A DNA stretch of 62,777 nucleotides from Cirrosporium novae-zelandiae. Lineage: Eukaryota. This document shows positions 24,423-36,644 of the stretch, one piece after another. The notes under the pieces were generated by a model. It was not told the DNA's origin. It ran no database searches and saw only the letters and a list, made by a program, of their open reading frames with translations. Position numbers and translations under genes: made by a program. The stretch is taken from assembly GCA_026023565.1 (NCBI GenBank), contig JAPETS010000047.1, positions 124,001 to 186,777 on the forward strand, given 5' to 3'. Position 1 is the first letter of the stretch. Each line of letters begins with the position of its first letter.

Positions 24423-25979
24423 TCACTGTTTCAACAGCCCCCCCTCAAAATCCCCAAACCCCATCCCCCGAAACTTACTTTCCAGGAACCGTATAGCTTC
24501 TTTGAAAATGTTCTTTCCGCCTTTGCAGGCACCGCTCTCGATGTGCTGGGTCAAACCACTAAAAGTTGAGAATTGCTTTTGGGTTTTCATTATCGGGTCA
24601 GTTTCCATAGTCGTGGTAGTGGGGATAGCTTCGTTATTGGCAGTAGCGGTATCGGTCGCAGTGGTGACGGTGATAGTAGGAAGGGTCAGGAGCATGAGGG
24701 GACAGTGGAAGGATTTTGGGTCGTGGGCTGGGGAGGAGAGGTGGGATGTGAGGGCGGAGTGGGTTTTGAAGGGTTTGCGGGTTGGGGGGCAAAGGGGGCA
24801 GCGAAGGGGGATGGTGGTTGGCGATTGGGATTCTGGTGTCCATATGCCCACTCCTTCGTCTTCTCCTCCTCCTGCTAGGAAGGGAGCGGAAATGCTATTG
24901 TCATCTGTGATGGGAGTGTAGATCGTACTCCCGCTAGTCTCAGAGGAGGCACACTTATCATCCCATCCAAGCGATTTTAATATCTCTTCCTGTGATGGTG
25001 AGACCTTCTCGCAAGTAACAACGCGCTCCACATCCGCAGCCCGAATGAGCTTATTAAGTTTCTTTCTGCTTAGCCCCGAGGCCCTGCAGGCTCCGCTTTC
25101 CAGATGATGTAGCAATGCTGAAGGGCTCGTAAATCTCCGGTTACATTTCTTGCCCCCGATGCATTTGATATCACTTAGTGGGTGGTGCTTTAGCGATGCG
25201 AGATGCTGGGCTAGGGCATCTTGATTTAAGAATTCTCGATCGCAGGGAGCACAGAACCATTCCGATTTGGGAGTTTGTTCAAGGCGGCATTTGTATTTTA
25301 GGTGCTTGTTCAAGGCGGTTTCGTTGACAAAGTCTTGGTCACAGTCGCAGCAATGGTATTGGGATACTTCTGGGGCATGAATTGAGGAGGAAAGGTGCTG
25401 CCAAATGGCATCTTGGTTGCAAAATGTTCGGTCGCAGTCGGCGCAATAGCAATGGCCCGTAGATCTTTTATGTTCTGCCAGTGGTTCAGGGAAACAAAAG
25501 GTGCTCTCACAACTAGGGCATTTTCGGGTGTTGCGTTTCAATTGATGGTTTTTAGCAGCTTGATCAGAATCAAAATACATTTCGCAGAAAGGGCAGTAGA
25601 AATGTTGTTTGTCTTTTTGATGTGCTATAAGCGATGCTAATTCCACGAACACTTTGTTGCAACTTGTACATTGGTTATGGTGAAGTGCTAGTCGATGCTG
25701 TTCAGCAGCTTCGTCGGAATAAAAGTATTTCCGACAGGATGAGCAGCATGAGTGTTGCTTGGCCATTTGATGTGCTTCGAGTGATCCTAGCTGACTAAAT
25801 ACCTTGTTGCAAGTTAGACATACATAATTATGAAGAACACTTCGATGTTGCTCGGCCGCTTGATCATTTTGAAAGTGGCGATGACAGATGTAGCAGTAGC
25901 AGTGCTTCTTGGCTTCTTGATGGTCCTTCAAAGCATTTAGGGTACTGAATTTTGATCCACAGCTGTTGCAGGGTGGCAT
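24423..25979 (-). CDS. Multi-C2H2 zinc-finger protein (~13 fingers)
   Basis: Intronless 518 aa with repeated CxxCxxxFxxxxxLxxHxxxxxH units and two HLESGAC/HIESGAC C2HC fingers. Confidence 0.9.
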   Translation of the reverse strand: MPPCNSCGSKFSTLNALKDHQEAKKHCYCYICHRHFQNDQAAEQHRSVLHNYVCLTCNKVFSQLGSLEAHQMAKQHSCCSSCRKYFYSDEAAEQHRLALHHNQCTSCNKVFVELASLIAHQKDKQHFYCPFCEMYFDSDQAAKNHQLKRNTRKCPSCESTFCFPEPLAEHKRSTGHCYCADCDRTFCNQDAIWQHLSSSIHAPEVSQYHCCDCDQDFVNETALNKHLKYKCRLEQTPKSEWFCAPCDREFLNQDALAQHLASLKHHPLSDIKCIGGKKCNRRFTSPSALLHHLESGACRASGLSRKKLNKLIRAADVERVVTCEKVSPSQEEILKSLGWDDKCASSETSGSTIYTPITDDNSISAPFLAGGGEDEGVGIWTPESQSPTTIPLRCPLCPPTRKPFKTHSALTSHLSSPAHDPKSFHCPLMLLTLPTITVTTATDTATANNEAIPTTTTMETDPIMKTQKQFSTFSGLTQHIESGACKGGKNIFKEAIRFLESKFRGMGFGDFEGGLLKQ

Positions 25980-26741
25980 TGTTCCTAATATTGGTGGAAG
26001 GTCGAGTAAGTCAGAATCTAGATGAACCAGCTCCTAGGAAGCTAAGAAAGAATATATAAAGTCCGGTAAAGATGGAACTTTCGGAGAATCGAAATCCACA
26101 TGAAGAAGACAAAGGAGAAAGAATCTAAAAGTATATCAAGAGACTCTCCTAGAAGCCTTAGTCATTTGAAAATGCATGTCGTAGGATCGCGAAGGAAATA
26201 TGAGCCTTGCTCAAAGACTGTGCCGCTTCACTGCATAAGGGGAGGGGTACTAGCCCACCGTCAATGATGGAAACTTGTCTCCAAGTCTACTCATCACAAC
26301 GAAAACGACCAATAAAGAAAACTACATTAGATTTTCCTTCTCTTTCAATCTACCTACCTCAAGGATACATTGGAGGTATAACAGAAGCGCGCGCTTTCAG
26401 ACGCATAGATAATGCATTAAGGGACCACTTAATTGTACAGCCACAATGGGGAAATAGTAGAAGTTCAACCCCAGGATCAAGAGGTTCATTGCCAGATAGG
26501 CAACCACTTCATCGAATTCCTGGAATTTATTCAAGTCCAACGAGGCTGAGCCACGTTGGTTGTTTGTGTTCTTAGTTTGCCTTGCTGTGCCGTACCGAAG
26601 CGTTGTGCCGTACCACCAATCGGAAACTCGGTTTGCGTCATTCCGGATAATGCTTGTCACATTGCTGGTGGTTGCACAGCTGAAGTATAACTACTGTATG
26701 ATATCTTCTACTTTCCTATCCACCCAGAGCCTCCGCTGGCC

Positions 26742-27100
26742 ATGTCAAAGCTCAGCCTGGAAACAAGAAAATTAATCAAAAAAGACCCGTTTGGTAAAGG
26801 TCTTAGGATTTCAGACCAAAGGCAGATAGGTAGTCCTACTTAGCAGTATCCTAGTTCCCGAAGCATGTCTTTCAAACTTTCACTGGCCGACGACACATCT
26901 GCTTTGGAGTACATGAACAATCTCTTCACGACAGTAGAGAATAATCTAAGATCGTTTAGACAGCATTAGCTAGTTTGGCTGGTATTTCTAGTGCGAATAA
27001 TATACCTAGAAGACTGATTTTGAGTAATCAAGATAATAAATAGCAAAGTAGAACTAATTAGGGAATAGGATGAGTGGTTGGATCCCAGAGGCCAGACCGT
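26742..27100 (+). pseudogene. Possible relic of a fungal-type protein kinase (FunK1) N-terminus
   Basis: MSKLSLETRKLIKKDPFGKGL resembles the II..xPIGKGL N-terminal motif of that family. The frame is broken by TAG stops and no kinase core is visible. Confidence 0.2.
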
Positions 27101-27768
27101 AAGACCGACGCATAAATTTCGAGCTGAAGTAGTCTCTACTGAGTGCTTCTATACCAGGAAGAATGGAATTCTAGATCAAGGCTCGAGATTTGAAATTGCT
27201 GACGAGCGTAGGAAATGTCATTACGATGACATTAAATGATGGATAGAGCTATCGATAGGTGTTCGTATATTTGAGTAAGCTATAATGATCCACAGCACCC
27301 CAACTAAGAATCATGACAGTTGTGGGTTGAAGGGCAGGGGGTTCCCTGGTTTCAGCCTGATCTATAAACAGTTAGGAAATCTAGTCAGCTCTTATAGGAA
27401 TACCGAGTTTGAAATGACTGTAGCGGAAGGGGAAAAAGATGTTGGTAGAGCGAAGAGCTTCACGATAAATTTGAATAGGACATAAAAGAAAGAAGATCGT
27501 TCAATTTGAAGCTGGTTGGGGTGGTGAAAGATGTAGAATGCAAAGCTGAGGGGAGGTCTGAAATTTAATGGTCTGTGCGTAACACCCCACTTGGACCACA
27601 TTCTTCACATCCTCTCTTCATGCAAAGGGCCGTTCATATATTTTTTAATTGTTTTTTCTATCATCCTCTAGTCTAATATGCTTTTACCCAACATATTTTT
27701 CTAATATTCATGGGCTTTATGTACTCTATTTCTATAACCAAATAATTTCTATGCGTCATCAAAGGCCG

Positions 27769-29195
27769 TTAATTCGATGGTAATGAGCTCAGGATGTTTG
27801 GTTGCTGCATGCTTTTCTGCGCCTTCATAGCACTGGGCCATGTTGTGCATTTCTCACCAGCAGCTAGATTCCTAGGTGCGGTGCCTTTGCCATGGAGGTT
27901 GCGGTATAGAAAGACGCCAGTTCCGTCCATGTCAGAGCTTTCCTCAACAAACTTGCATTCACGCTGATTCTTCCAAAAGGCAGCAATAAAATTGGTTTTG
28001 GTGTCTGCACGATAGTGTTTGCCCATAACTTTACGGATTGCAATTGTGGCCTCTCCAGCGTGGTAAAATGGAATCGAGGAGACAAGATGATGGCAAACAT
28101 GGGTACCGATAATATCATGAAAGAAGTGGGTGTCGATGATACCAAAGTCACGATCAATAGTGGCGGCAGCACCACGGGCGAAGTTCCATTGGGAGTGGGC
28201 GTAGTGGGGAAGGGTACCGTCAGTGTGTTGGAGGAAGGTAATTGCAACTAAAGAGCGGTTAATTCGACTATAGGTATAAAATCCAAGAGAAAGGGCATAC
28301 CAATCCAGTTGTTGACCCAGAGATATGGAATACCCCAATAAACAATCATAGCCCACCATCCATACGTGCGAACTATGACAGAGAGAAGTCCAACCATAGC
28401 GATACACCCCATATCACTTAATAGAATCAATGAGAGATCTGCCTCCTTGAAAAAGGTACTGTCAAGACCAAACCAAAAATGGCTATGTTGAGGGAATCCC
28501 TTGGCATATGTTTGACCAGTCAGGTTGGAAAAAAGATATCCAGGCCAGCCAAAAAGTTGATGAACTACACACCACCACAAGGAGACGATTGGAGCATCCT
28601 CTGCTAGGTGTGATAATGTTACACTGCGTGGATCAGCGTCTTTGCCAAAGTTACGCTTTATCCAGGATTCTCTACTGTGAGGAATGAAAACAACATCACG
28701 TTCGAGATTTCCAGTGGCTTTATGGTGTTGGGAATGGGTGAGACGCCAGCTATGGTATGGCACCAAGAGAAAGGAGTGGAGAATAAGACCCATGACATTG
28801 TTCAACCGTTTGGACTTGCTGAAGGCTCCGTGGCCACACTCATGAGCGAGAATCCAAATTCCCGTCATGATAATACCACCCGCGATGGTGTAGGCGGTGT
28901 AGGCGAGGAAACGAAGGGAGGCGTGTGGGAGAAGGGGTGTCCCAAGGTGGGTGAGGTAAATAAGGCTACCAAGGTAAATATAATCGCGCACGACATATGC
29001 CATACTTCGAATGGTGGAAGGTCGAAAGCAATGGGGAGGAATTGCATCGTAAATTTGCTTCATGGTGAAATCTGGAACTTCAAAGACATTACCATGCAAG
29101 TCAAGATGTTTAGGAGTGGAGGTTTCAACTGCAGTAGCAGCAATGGTGGCAGTAGCCATTGTGGTTGTGGCCATGGTAGCAGTGGTAGTGGCCAT
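27769..29195 (-). CDS. Membrane fatty-acid desaturase, delta-12 (FAD2/OdeA-like) family
   Basis: His boxes HECGH, HSQHH and HVCHH; DUF3474-like VPDFTMKQIYDAIPPHCF. Intron 28300-28248 restores NNWIVAITFLQHT. Confidence 0.93.
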
Positions 29196-32032
29196 TGCGA
29201 ACTTGGAAAAGTATTTTGTTCACGTCAATGAACAAGACAAGAAAAGTTGGAATGTGGAATGCATTCCAGCTGATAATAAATGCCCCATTGCTCCTGAGGA
29301 AGAAGAGAAAAAAAAACCTGAACTCTAATGGAAATGCTATCTCCTAGCCTCCTATACGCCCCGCAAGATTCGCTGGACACGGGCTTCTCAGTGCGCTGTG
29401 CCACGTTGGTGGTAGTTTGAGGCCCGCCATCTCCCGATAATTGTTGGGAATTTGTCTGACGAATCCTTTTGACGTTGAATGAATAAAACCAAGATAAAGC
29501 GTTTAATAGAGGTTGAAAAATCAGACAACTTGAATTGTTGTGGTGGATGATTTGCGTAACTGCTGTACGATACAGGGTCCAAGGCACCAAGGGAAACAGG
29601 ACCTTTCGGTAATGCAGGTACCATACCGGTATCTCTGTATGTATAGTATATGTATAGTATACTACACACAACACCATGACGATTATTTTATTCTACTACC
29701 TATTTCCTCGAAGACCAGTGGGAGTCTTTGCCAAGATGTAAAAATTCTTTTCATCTCTTCATCATCATCTTTAATTGAATGCTGGGCATTTCTATTACTT
29801 ACTCAATTGAGACTTGATGAGAATTTTTCCTCATTCATGGCGGTGAATGACATTTAGGGTTAGTTTGCTTGCTTAGCAAGACATTCCTTGTCTTGATTTA
29901 TGGCAAAGCTGGTCTGGACCATCTGCAAAAGAACGTAGCCTATGCCTAGCATTTCTTGTACCTGATATCATCATCATGCCAACTCTCCAAGGGAGAACAA
30001 AAACACACTTCAGAACATTCCATGCTAGGTTTAAAATGAATCGGTTTGTCACTCCTGGATTGTTCACATGTAAAAGTTAATGCTAATCAGAATTTGATTT
30101 CAATTGAAATTCTTCTGTTTGTCGTGGGCCTGGTTATGTGTGTGAAGGGGCTAGGGGCTAAAGGTTAGTTCCGAGTCTAGTCCGGTAAGCATATATGCAG
30201 GGTCAAGCAGTTTCAGACCTTAGGGGCGGTTATTTTTAACCTTGTCTCCAGGTTATTATACCAAATCTCTCGTAATTTTTGATTTCTCAACCATGATATT
30301 ATGGGGCTTCGCCAGTATAATGGCATTCCTAGTGACGTTATTTCATCTTGGCTAAAAGTTTCTCCTCGTTGTATTGATGGAAATAGCACGACTCCAAAGA
30401 TCGCGGTGAAGTTAGCTTTGGCTTGTTATCACTAATGCGCTATGCTGATACCTACCCGGTGTTGATATAAACTAGATTATTTTAGTTAGTCGATGTTTTG
30501 CAGCCGATTTCGCGTACCTATTTCCAACCCTGGATGTCGTATTCGCCCCAAGTTGTAAACGAAGTCAACTAACTTAGTGGGTTATGCGGTTGAATACTTT
30601 AGTATGAAGGTGAGGGGTCATTCTAGGCCTATCAGATAAACATGTTTGAAAAGACAGACATTGAAATCCACATTTTCCTTCATGACATTCAAATTTTTCT
30701 CGCATTTGGCCGATAGTTGATACTCGAATTATATTCGATATTGATTTCATATTACGACGTAACGAACAGTATGTCTTTACCAACCTTACTTTGATAACTT
30801 ACCTTCGGTGTAAATTCGGTACAGCATGGCTGTGCAAATCTCGCTAAGAAAATTTGAATTTTTCTCTCTGGAATTCTTCATGCCGCCTTTTCATGTTTAT
30901 GCCACTGCAATATCTCTCACTCCACCTTTATCTGTTGCGGGGTCTTGGTCTCTCTTAGTGACATGACCCACATGGGATAGATATTCTCCTTATCGAACTA
31001 GCCATGACGCTGACTTCCTTTTTTCCAGAAGCTTTCAAATATTCAATTATGTTTCCTATTCGAACCATCGCCTTTGATTCAGAATCCCTCACTGATTTGC
31101 AATGTTATACATGAGTAAAGAGTTAGCAATGTTGATTGATTGGATTGGTGGCTCCATTTGGTTTGGAGTGGAAGCTACGGTGAATAGATCTGATGCATTT
31201 CACAGGATGATTGTCCTTGTAGACCAGCTGAACCCAGGTTTATTCAGCTGGGCTCGAGAATCGACGATTTTCTAAATATTCACTTATCAAGCACCTTTGA
31301 GACATCATATTCATCAACGTCTGAACTTTAGTATCAACTCACATTCTCCCGAGCTCTAGAGATCTGAGGTGGGTCCGTTCAATAGGTCCGATCGATCCCC
31401 AATCTTGGACCTGAGCCTCTTGACGCAGTCTGTATGTGTCCGGCTCTCCCCCCGCTTCCGGGGACCTCGGTATGAAATAACTAGTATTCCCTTACTTCTG
31501 GTCAAAATTCTAAATATCCGAGGGATAGCATTCTCGTCTCTATACGGTGATTATCATAGAGTCGTTCAGTTTCAAGAAAGACATGTCTCGCCAAGCCTGC
31601 AACACTGTCGACAGCGGCCAAAGACCACCCTCTAATTCCTTAGTTCCTCTTGACGCACTCGGAATTTTCTAAGATTTGCGTCATTCTAGACCTCTCTTCA
31701 TGTCTCTCACCTGAGCCATAAGGAACTGGAAAAACTAGTAAGTTGGAGCCATCCCGTATAACCCAAAGAGACTGAAGAGGCAGCGCATACAGAGTGCACT
31801 CAAGTAGATAAGCACTATCAATATCATATTTCCCTTTCTACCGACATAGAATGAAAAGTACGACATGAGGGTCAAGCTTATTAGAATCGCGAAAAGAACT
31901 CGACATCCCAAATTTATACTCCTTTCTCTACTAAGTGCGTGCGATCTCGACGACAGGGGAAAAATATGAATCCAAGCTCGGTGAATTCATCGACAAAGAG
32001 CATCTTGTCTTCTATTCGAAGTAGGATACTAC

Positions 32033-32112
32033 TGTCGGATGCCATAAATGCAAGGTTGGGTTCAATTCCTAAGAGCGTCAGTGATTGGTTACACTGGTAT
32101 CAGTGTTCTTCT
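32033..32112 (+). mobile_element. tRNA-derived SINE-like repeat, copy 2
   Basis: 65/80 identity to 6340-6419. B box GGTTCAATTCC; the 3' end runs into CTACTAC. Confidence 0.55.
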
Positions 32113-33334
32113 ACTACCACTGTTGCCTATATAGCTACGCACCTAGGATTGCGTATCTATTCCATCTATGTTCTAGAGACTCCAAGATTCCCTTGCCCAG
32201 GACTAGTTTATACGATGACCTACGACTCTATATATATGGGTACATGCGCCTCAGGCCCAAACCCAAGCCCAAGCTCATGAACCAGCTTGTCACCCCCTAT
32301 TCCTAACTAGGACCAACAACAGCCACAGAGCTCGTTCTAATTAATTACGCTTTAAAATATTCCTATTCTCCGACCTAACCTCCTACTATAATTGACATGG
32401 ACCATCTCAATCTAATAATTATAATATCACTCGCCTCATTATCGTTCTCATCCATATTAAGGAAACGAACAAAAGACAGCTTCATTATCATTGATAAGAT
32501 GAATAAATGTCAGGGACAACTCCCCCGACTAACTTGCCCATCCATCCATCTCACAATCTTCCCACCCGCCCACTACTACAATACAACTAAATTACAACTA
32601 CAACCACATTGAATCCCCCCCCTTTTTTTAAAAAATATTAGACCGACATCAAACTACGTAACAACCAACCCACCATCATACTAACCCGTTCATTCACCAA
32701 TAACCAAACCCCAACAACCAACAACCCAAAACACCGACCGGGTAGTAAGACCTTGGCCTTAGTTACCGTCCACGCATTCCCCCAACCAAAAAATCCCAAC
32801 CCCGAAATCCACGAATAGCGTCCTTTCGGGAATACTACTAATGAATATATATACTTCACCATCTATGTATCTATCTACATACTGAAACTTTAATACCATT
32901 GTGGTGAGAGAGGTATTAGAATGAGAATTAGTTAACCGTTGATCGGATTACCTTACTCATTCCATCCCGCTGCCGTTCTTTTTTTCTTTTCCTATCCCCA
33001 AAAGCAAAAAGAAAAAGAAAGAAAAAAATACTAAACCACTACACCACCCCGTTTAACCAAGCCCCAGCCACAACGATATTATCAACAAAAAGAAAAAAGG
33101 TTATTATTTTTGTCTTATGTATAGGAAAATAATTGTAGGAATGGAAATACGGGTGTTTCATAATTGAATTGATAACTACCTAATCAACTATACTATAGCT
33201 CTGACGGGAAAGAAAAACAAATTTGAGGAGGGGAGTGGGGGTTTATATCTTCTTACTGCATATGCCAGGTATCGTTCAGCTGGTTAATTGCTTGGATATA
33301 CTCCCGACCCCCCCTCTCCCTTCTCCTTCCACCT

Positions 33335-34656
33335 CTACTTCTTATGCGGCCTAATCGCCTTGGGCCCCTCCACAAAATCGAACCTCCCCGCCATCTGTGT
33401 CAAAAAGACATCCCCCGGACTCTTCACCGCCCCCGCATTCAGTCCCAGCTTCGCAAAAGTCTGCGGAAACCCCACATCAAACTCATTAGCGTTCTCGATC
33501 TCGCTGATATCCTCATCTGAGAGCTCAAGCCCTAGGGCCTTGATATTACCCTCTAGGTGTGATAGCTTGCGACATCCGATGATGGGGAACACGTAGGGGG
33601 TTTTCTGCATCACGTATGCCATAGCCACGGCGGTGAGATCGACATCCTTGGCATCTGCAATTTTCGTGAGGGCAGCGGAGACCGCGATGTCAGCCTTCGA
33701 CGGGGGGAAAGCATCCGGATGTCGAGTCTGCGCTTCACCAACACGCTTGAAGTTTCCGCTTCCTAGGGATCCCCAGGGCGCAAGGGCCATTCCCTCGTCC
33801 AGAGCCATGGGGATGATGTCGCGTTCGAAGTCGCGTTTTGCGGCGTTCCAGAGACCCTGGTAGATTACGAATTGGTGCAGTCCGTGGTCCCGGGCGTATT
33901 GGTTTGCTTTGCTGACGACCCAGGCGGGCGTGTCGGAGATTCCTAGGTAGAGGACTTTTCCAAGGCGTACCATGTCGTTTAGGGATTGCATTAGTTCGGG
34001 GATGTTGGCCGTGTAGTCCCACCCTAGGTGAAAAAAAAAGGTGAGCGTGGGTGGGGATGGAATGGGAGGGTGAGGGTGAGGGTGAGGGATGAAGATTAAA
34101 GGATGAAGAGTAAAGAGCAAAGAGCGGGGGGATGGATGAAAACTCACAATGAACATAAAGCACATCAATATACCCCGTCTGCAGCCTCTTCAAGGAAGAT
34201 TCCACAGAAATATGCAACGCCTTCGCCGTATTCCCCCCCAAATTACTCTTCATTGGATTCCCATCCCGCTCATAGGCACTCCCAAACTTCGTCGCCAATA
34301 CAATCTCATCCCGATTCCCCCTATCCTTCATCCACTGTCCAATCCAAGTTTCCGATTGCGTATCTTGATAATTGTTGGAGGTATCGATGAAGTTTCCGCC
34401 GTTGTCGTAAAAGTGGTCCATGATGGATCGGGCGGTGGTTTCGGTTGTTTCGCCCATTATTGCTGTCCTGGAGATGATTGTTGTTTAGTATATGAGGGGG
34501 GTAGGGGGAGGGCAGGGGCTTTTTTTATATTTACCAATTGGTTCCAAACCCCATACTTCCCAAGCAAATGGGACTGACACGGACATTGGCAGATGGGGAA
34601 AGAAGTCTGTGTCTTCCTAGGAGGGACTTTGGTTCGGGGGCTGGACCGAAACTCAT
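33335..34656 (-). CDS. Aldo-keto reductase, aryl-alcohol dehydrogenase (AAD/NorA-like)
   Basis: [102 protein letters not shown]. Two introns. Confidence 0.95.
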
Positions 34657-36644
34657 GATTGTTGAATGGAATTAGATTGATATGGAGGGGAAGTTGAAGG
34701 TTGAGAGTTGAGTTGAGAGTTGAATAAGGGATATAAATTGTGTAGGAGATATAGTTCTCAAAAGTCAAGCAAGGCAGGTAAGTTAATGAAATCAAATTGC
34801 TCAATTTGCTAATCCTATGAGTAAGGAGAAAAAAAACACAAAGAGGGTCAAGCCAACTTATTTATACAGGATAGATATTTTAAATCGTGGCGTCCCCCAT
34901 TTCTTCAAGGCTGCCAACAGCTTTACCAAGAAAACCCCTAGAGCAAGAAAGCAAGCAAGCAAGCAAATCGACCCCCCAAGTCCCACCATCATCCATCCAT
35001 CCATCCACATCTCCTGCACGTTCACTTCACATTCAACTTCCATATTCCATATTCCACGTCCCACGATTTTCGTCCGAATTTCTTGTAGCGGACCGCGGAC
35101 CAATAGTTTAGGTTCGCACGATTGCGATTTGCATATTCGTCCATTACCTTACCTTATCTACCTACCTAAGTTGGTAGCCTAAGATCTGAGGTCTGTGGTC
35201 TGTGGTCTGTGGTCTGTTGGTAATTAGAATAAGTCATGCTCATATTGTTTGTGTAATGATGTAATCCTTATGCCCAGCATGCCCAGCCTATGCCCAGCCC
35301 AGTCCAGTCATTTGGTAATATAGATGCTGGTAGCTTGGGGGCGGGGATATATTCATTTCATACAGTACATATCCATGCACACATGCAGCCTCGAAGTGGA
35401 TGGATTGAATGTCTCGCAAGTTTTTGAAAAGGCCAGCAACAAAAATATCCCCAAGAATCGTCCGGAGAGGCAAGAAGAAGGTTTGTTGTTGTTTAGGGTT
35501 TTCGGATTTCCTTATGGACGAATAAAAACGGGGATGAAAGATTTTTAAGGTCCGAGACTAACCTAACTAATAATGGGAATGGGAGGACTGACCTTTTTTT
35601 TATTATTAATTACTATCATTATCCATCTACCTGGACGGACGGACGAAAAAGGTCGGACGGGAGGTTGGATTTGGGATACCTACCTATTTACCTACCTATA
35701 TTATCTAAGCAGTAGATAATGCTTGCGCCTAGGGTAGGGTACACTACCTAACTTATCGTGCTCCTCCTCCTCCTCCTTCTACCCTTCAATTAAACAAAAT
35801 AATCCTGCCTATGTACAATGTAATTACTATACTTTCTACTTTTCAAAGATTGCAAAAAAACAAAAAAAAGTCTTCCTGACTAGACTATAATTAGCTACCT
35901 ACAGTACCTAGACTATGTATGCAGTCATGGTTACTCATTACTCTATCGATATGGATATGGGGGAGGGGGTTGTTGTGTGCTTGGCTAAACCTTACTCAGT
36001 TGCTTGGCATACGCTGACGTAGACAAGGCCCAGGAGAAAATGGATATCTAATAATTCAACTTTGTAGTTTAGTATATCAGTAAGTATTACAATCCATCTA
36101 GCGAGATTTTGTAGCTGCTTTTAAATAAAATATGTACCAGAAATTTTATTGCATTGAAGTATGATAACCTTTGTGCCTACCTCATTTGAACCTCCATTGC
36201 TTCTTTTTGGGTAAATAATATATACCTTATATCAATTGCCTTGCCGTTTTTAATATTAAGCCGCCGTAACCAAATATTAAAATTGAGATTTTTTGTAACC
36301 TTATCAAGAAGGACCTTATTGCAACTTTTAGACTTAATAGACCTTCAATGGGATCGCGCCACTTCATGTGAGCTTTGATGTAGAGTGCATCAATAAGATA
36401 AGGGTATCATGGCACCTCGAATCCGTTTTAGCCTAATGATCAGGGGGAAAATAATGTAATCAGGATCATGAACTCGGTTTAACAAGAGAATCAAAAGCCA
36501 CCAAGCCTAATATTATAGCAATGCTGTTATTTTAGCATGCTTCACTAGGATCCCGTTATGTCCGAGCCATACCATCAGGTCGTCATATCATCCAGCATGG
36601 ATAGCTACGCCTCATCAGTCATCACCGGTAAATAAGACTCAAAA

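Noticed and set aside
29300..33200. Genes in the long desaturase-AKR intergenic region
   Set aside because: Only short, stop-rich fragments with no identifiable domain.
13494..34656. Secondary-metabolite gene cluster
   Set aside because: No PKS, NRPS, terpene synthase or transporter. The genes are widely spaced and functionally unrelated.
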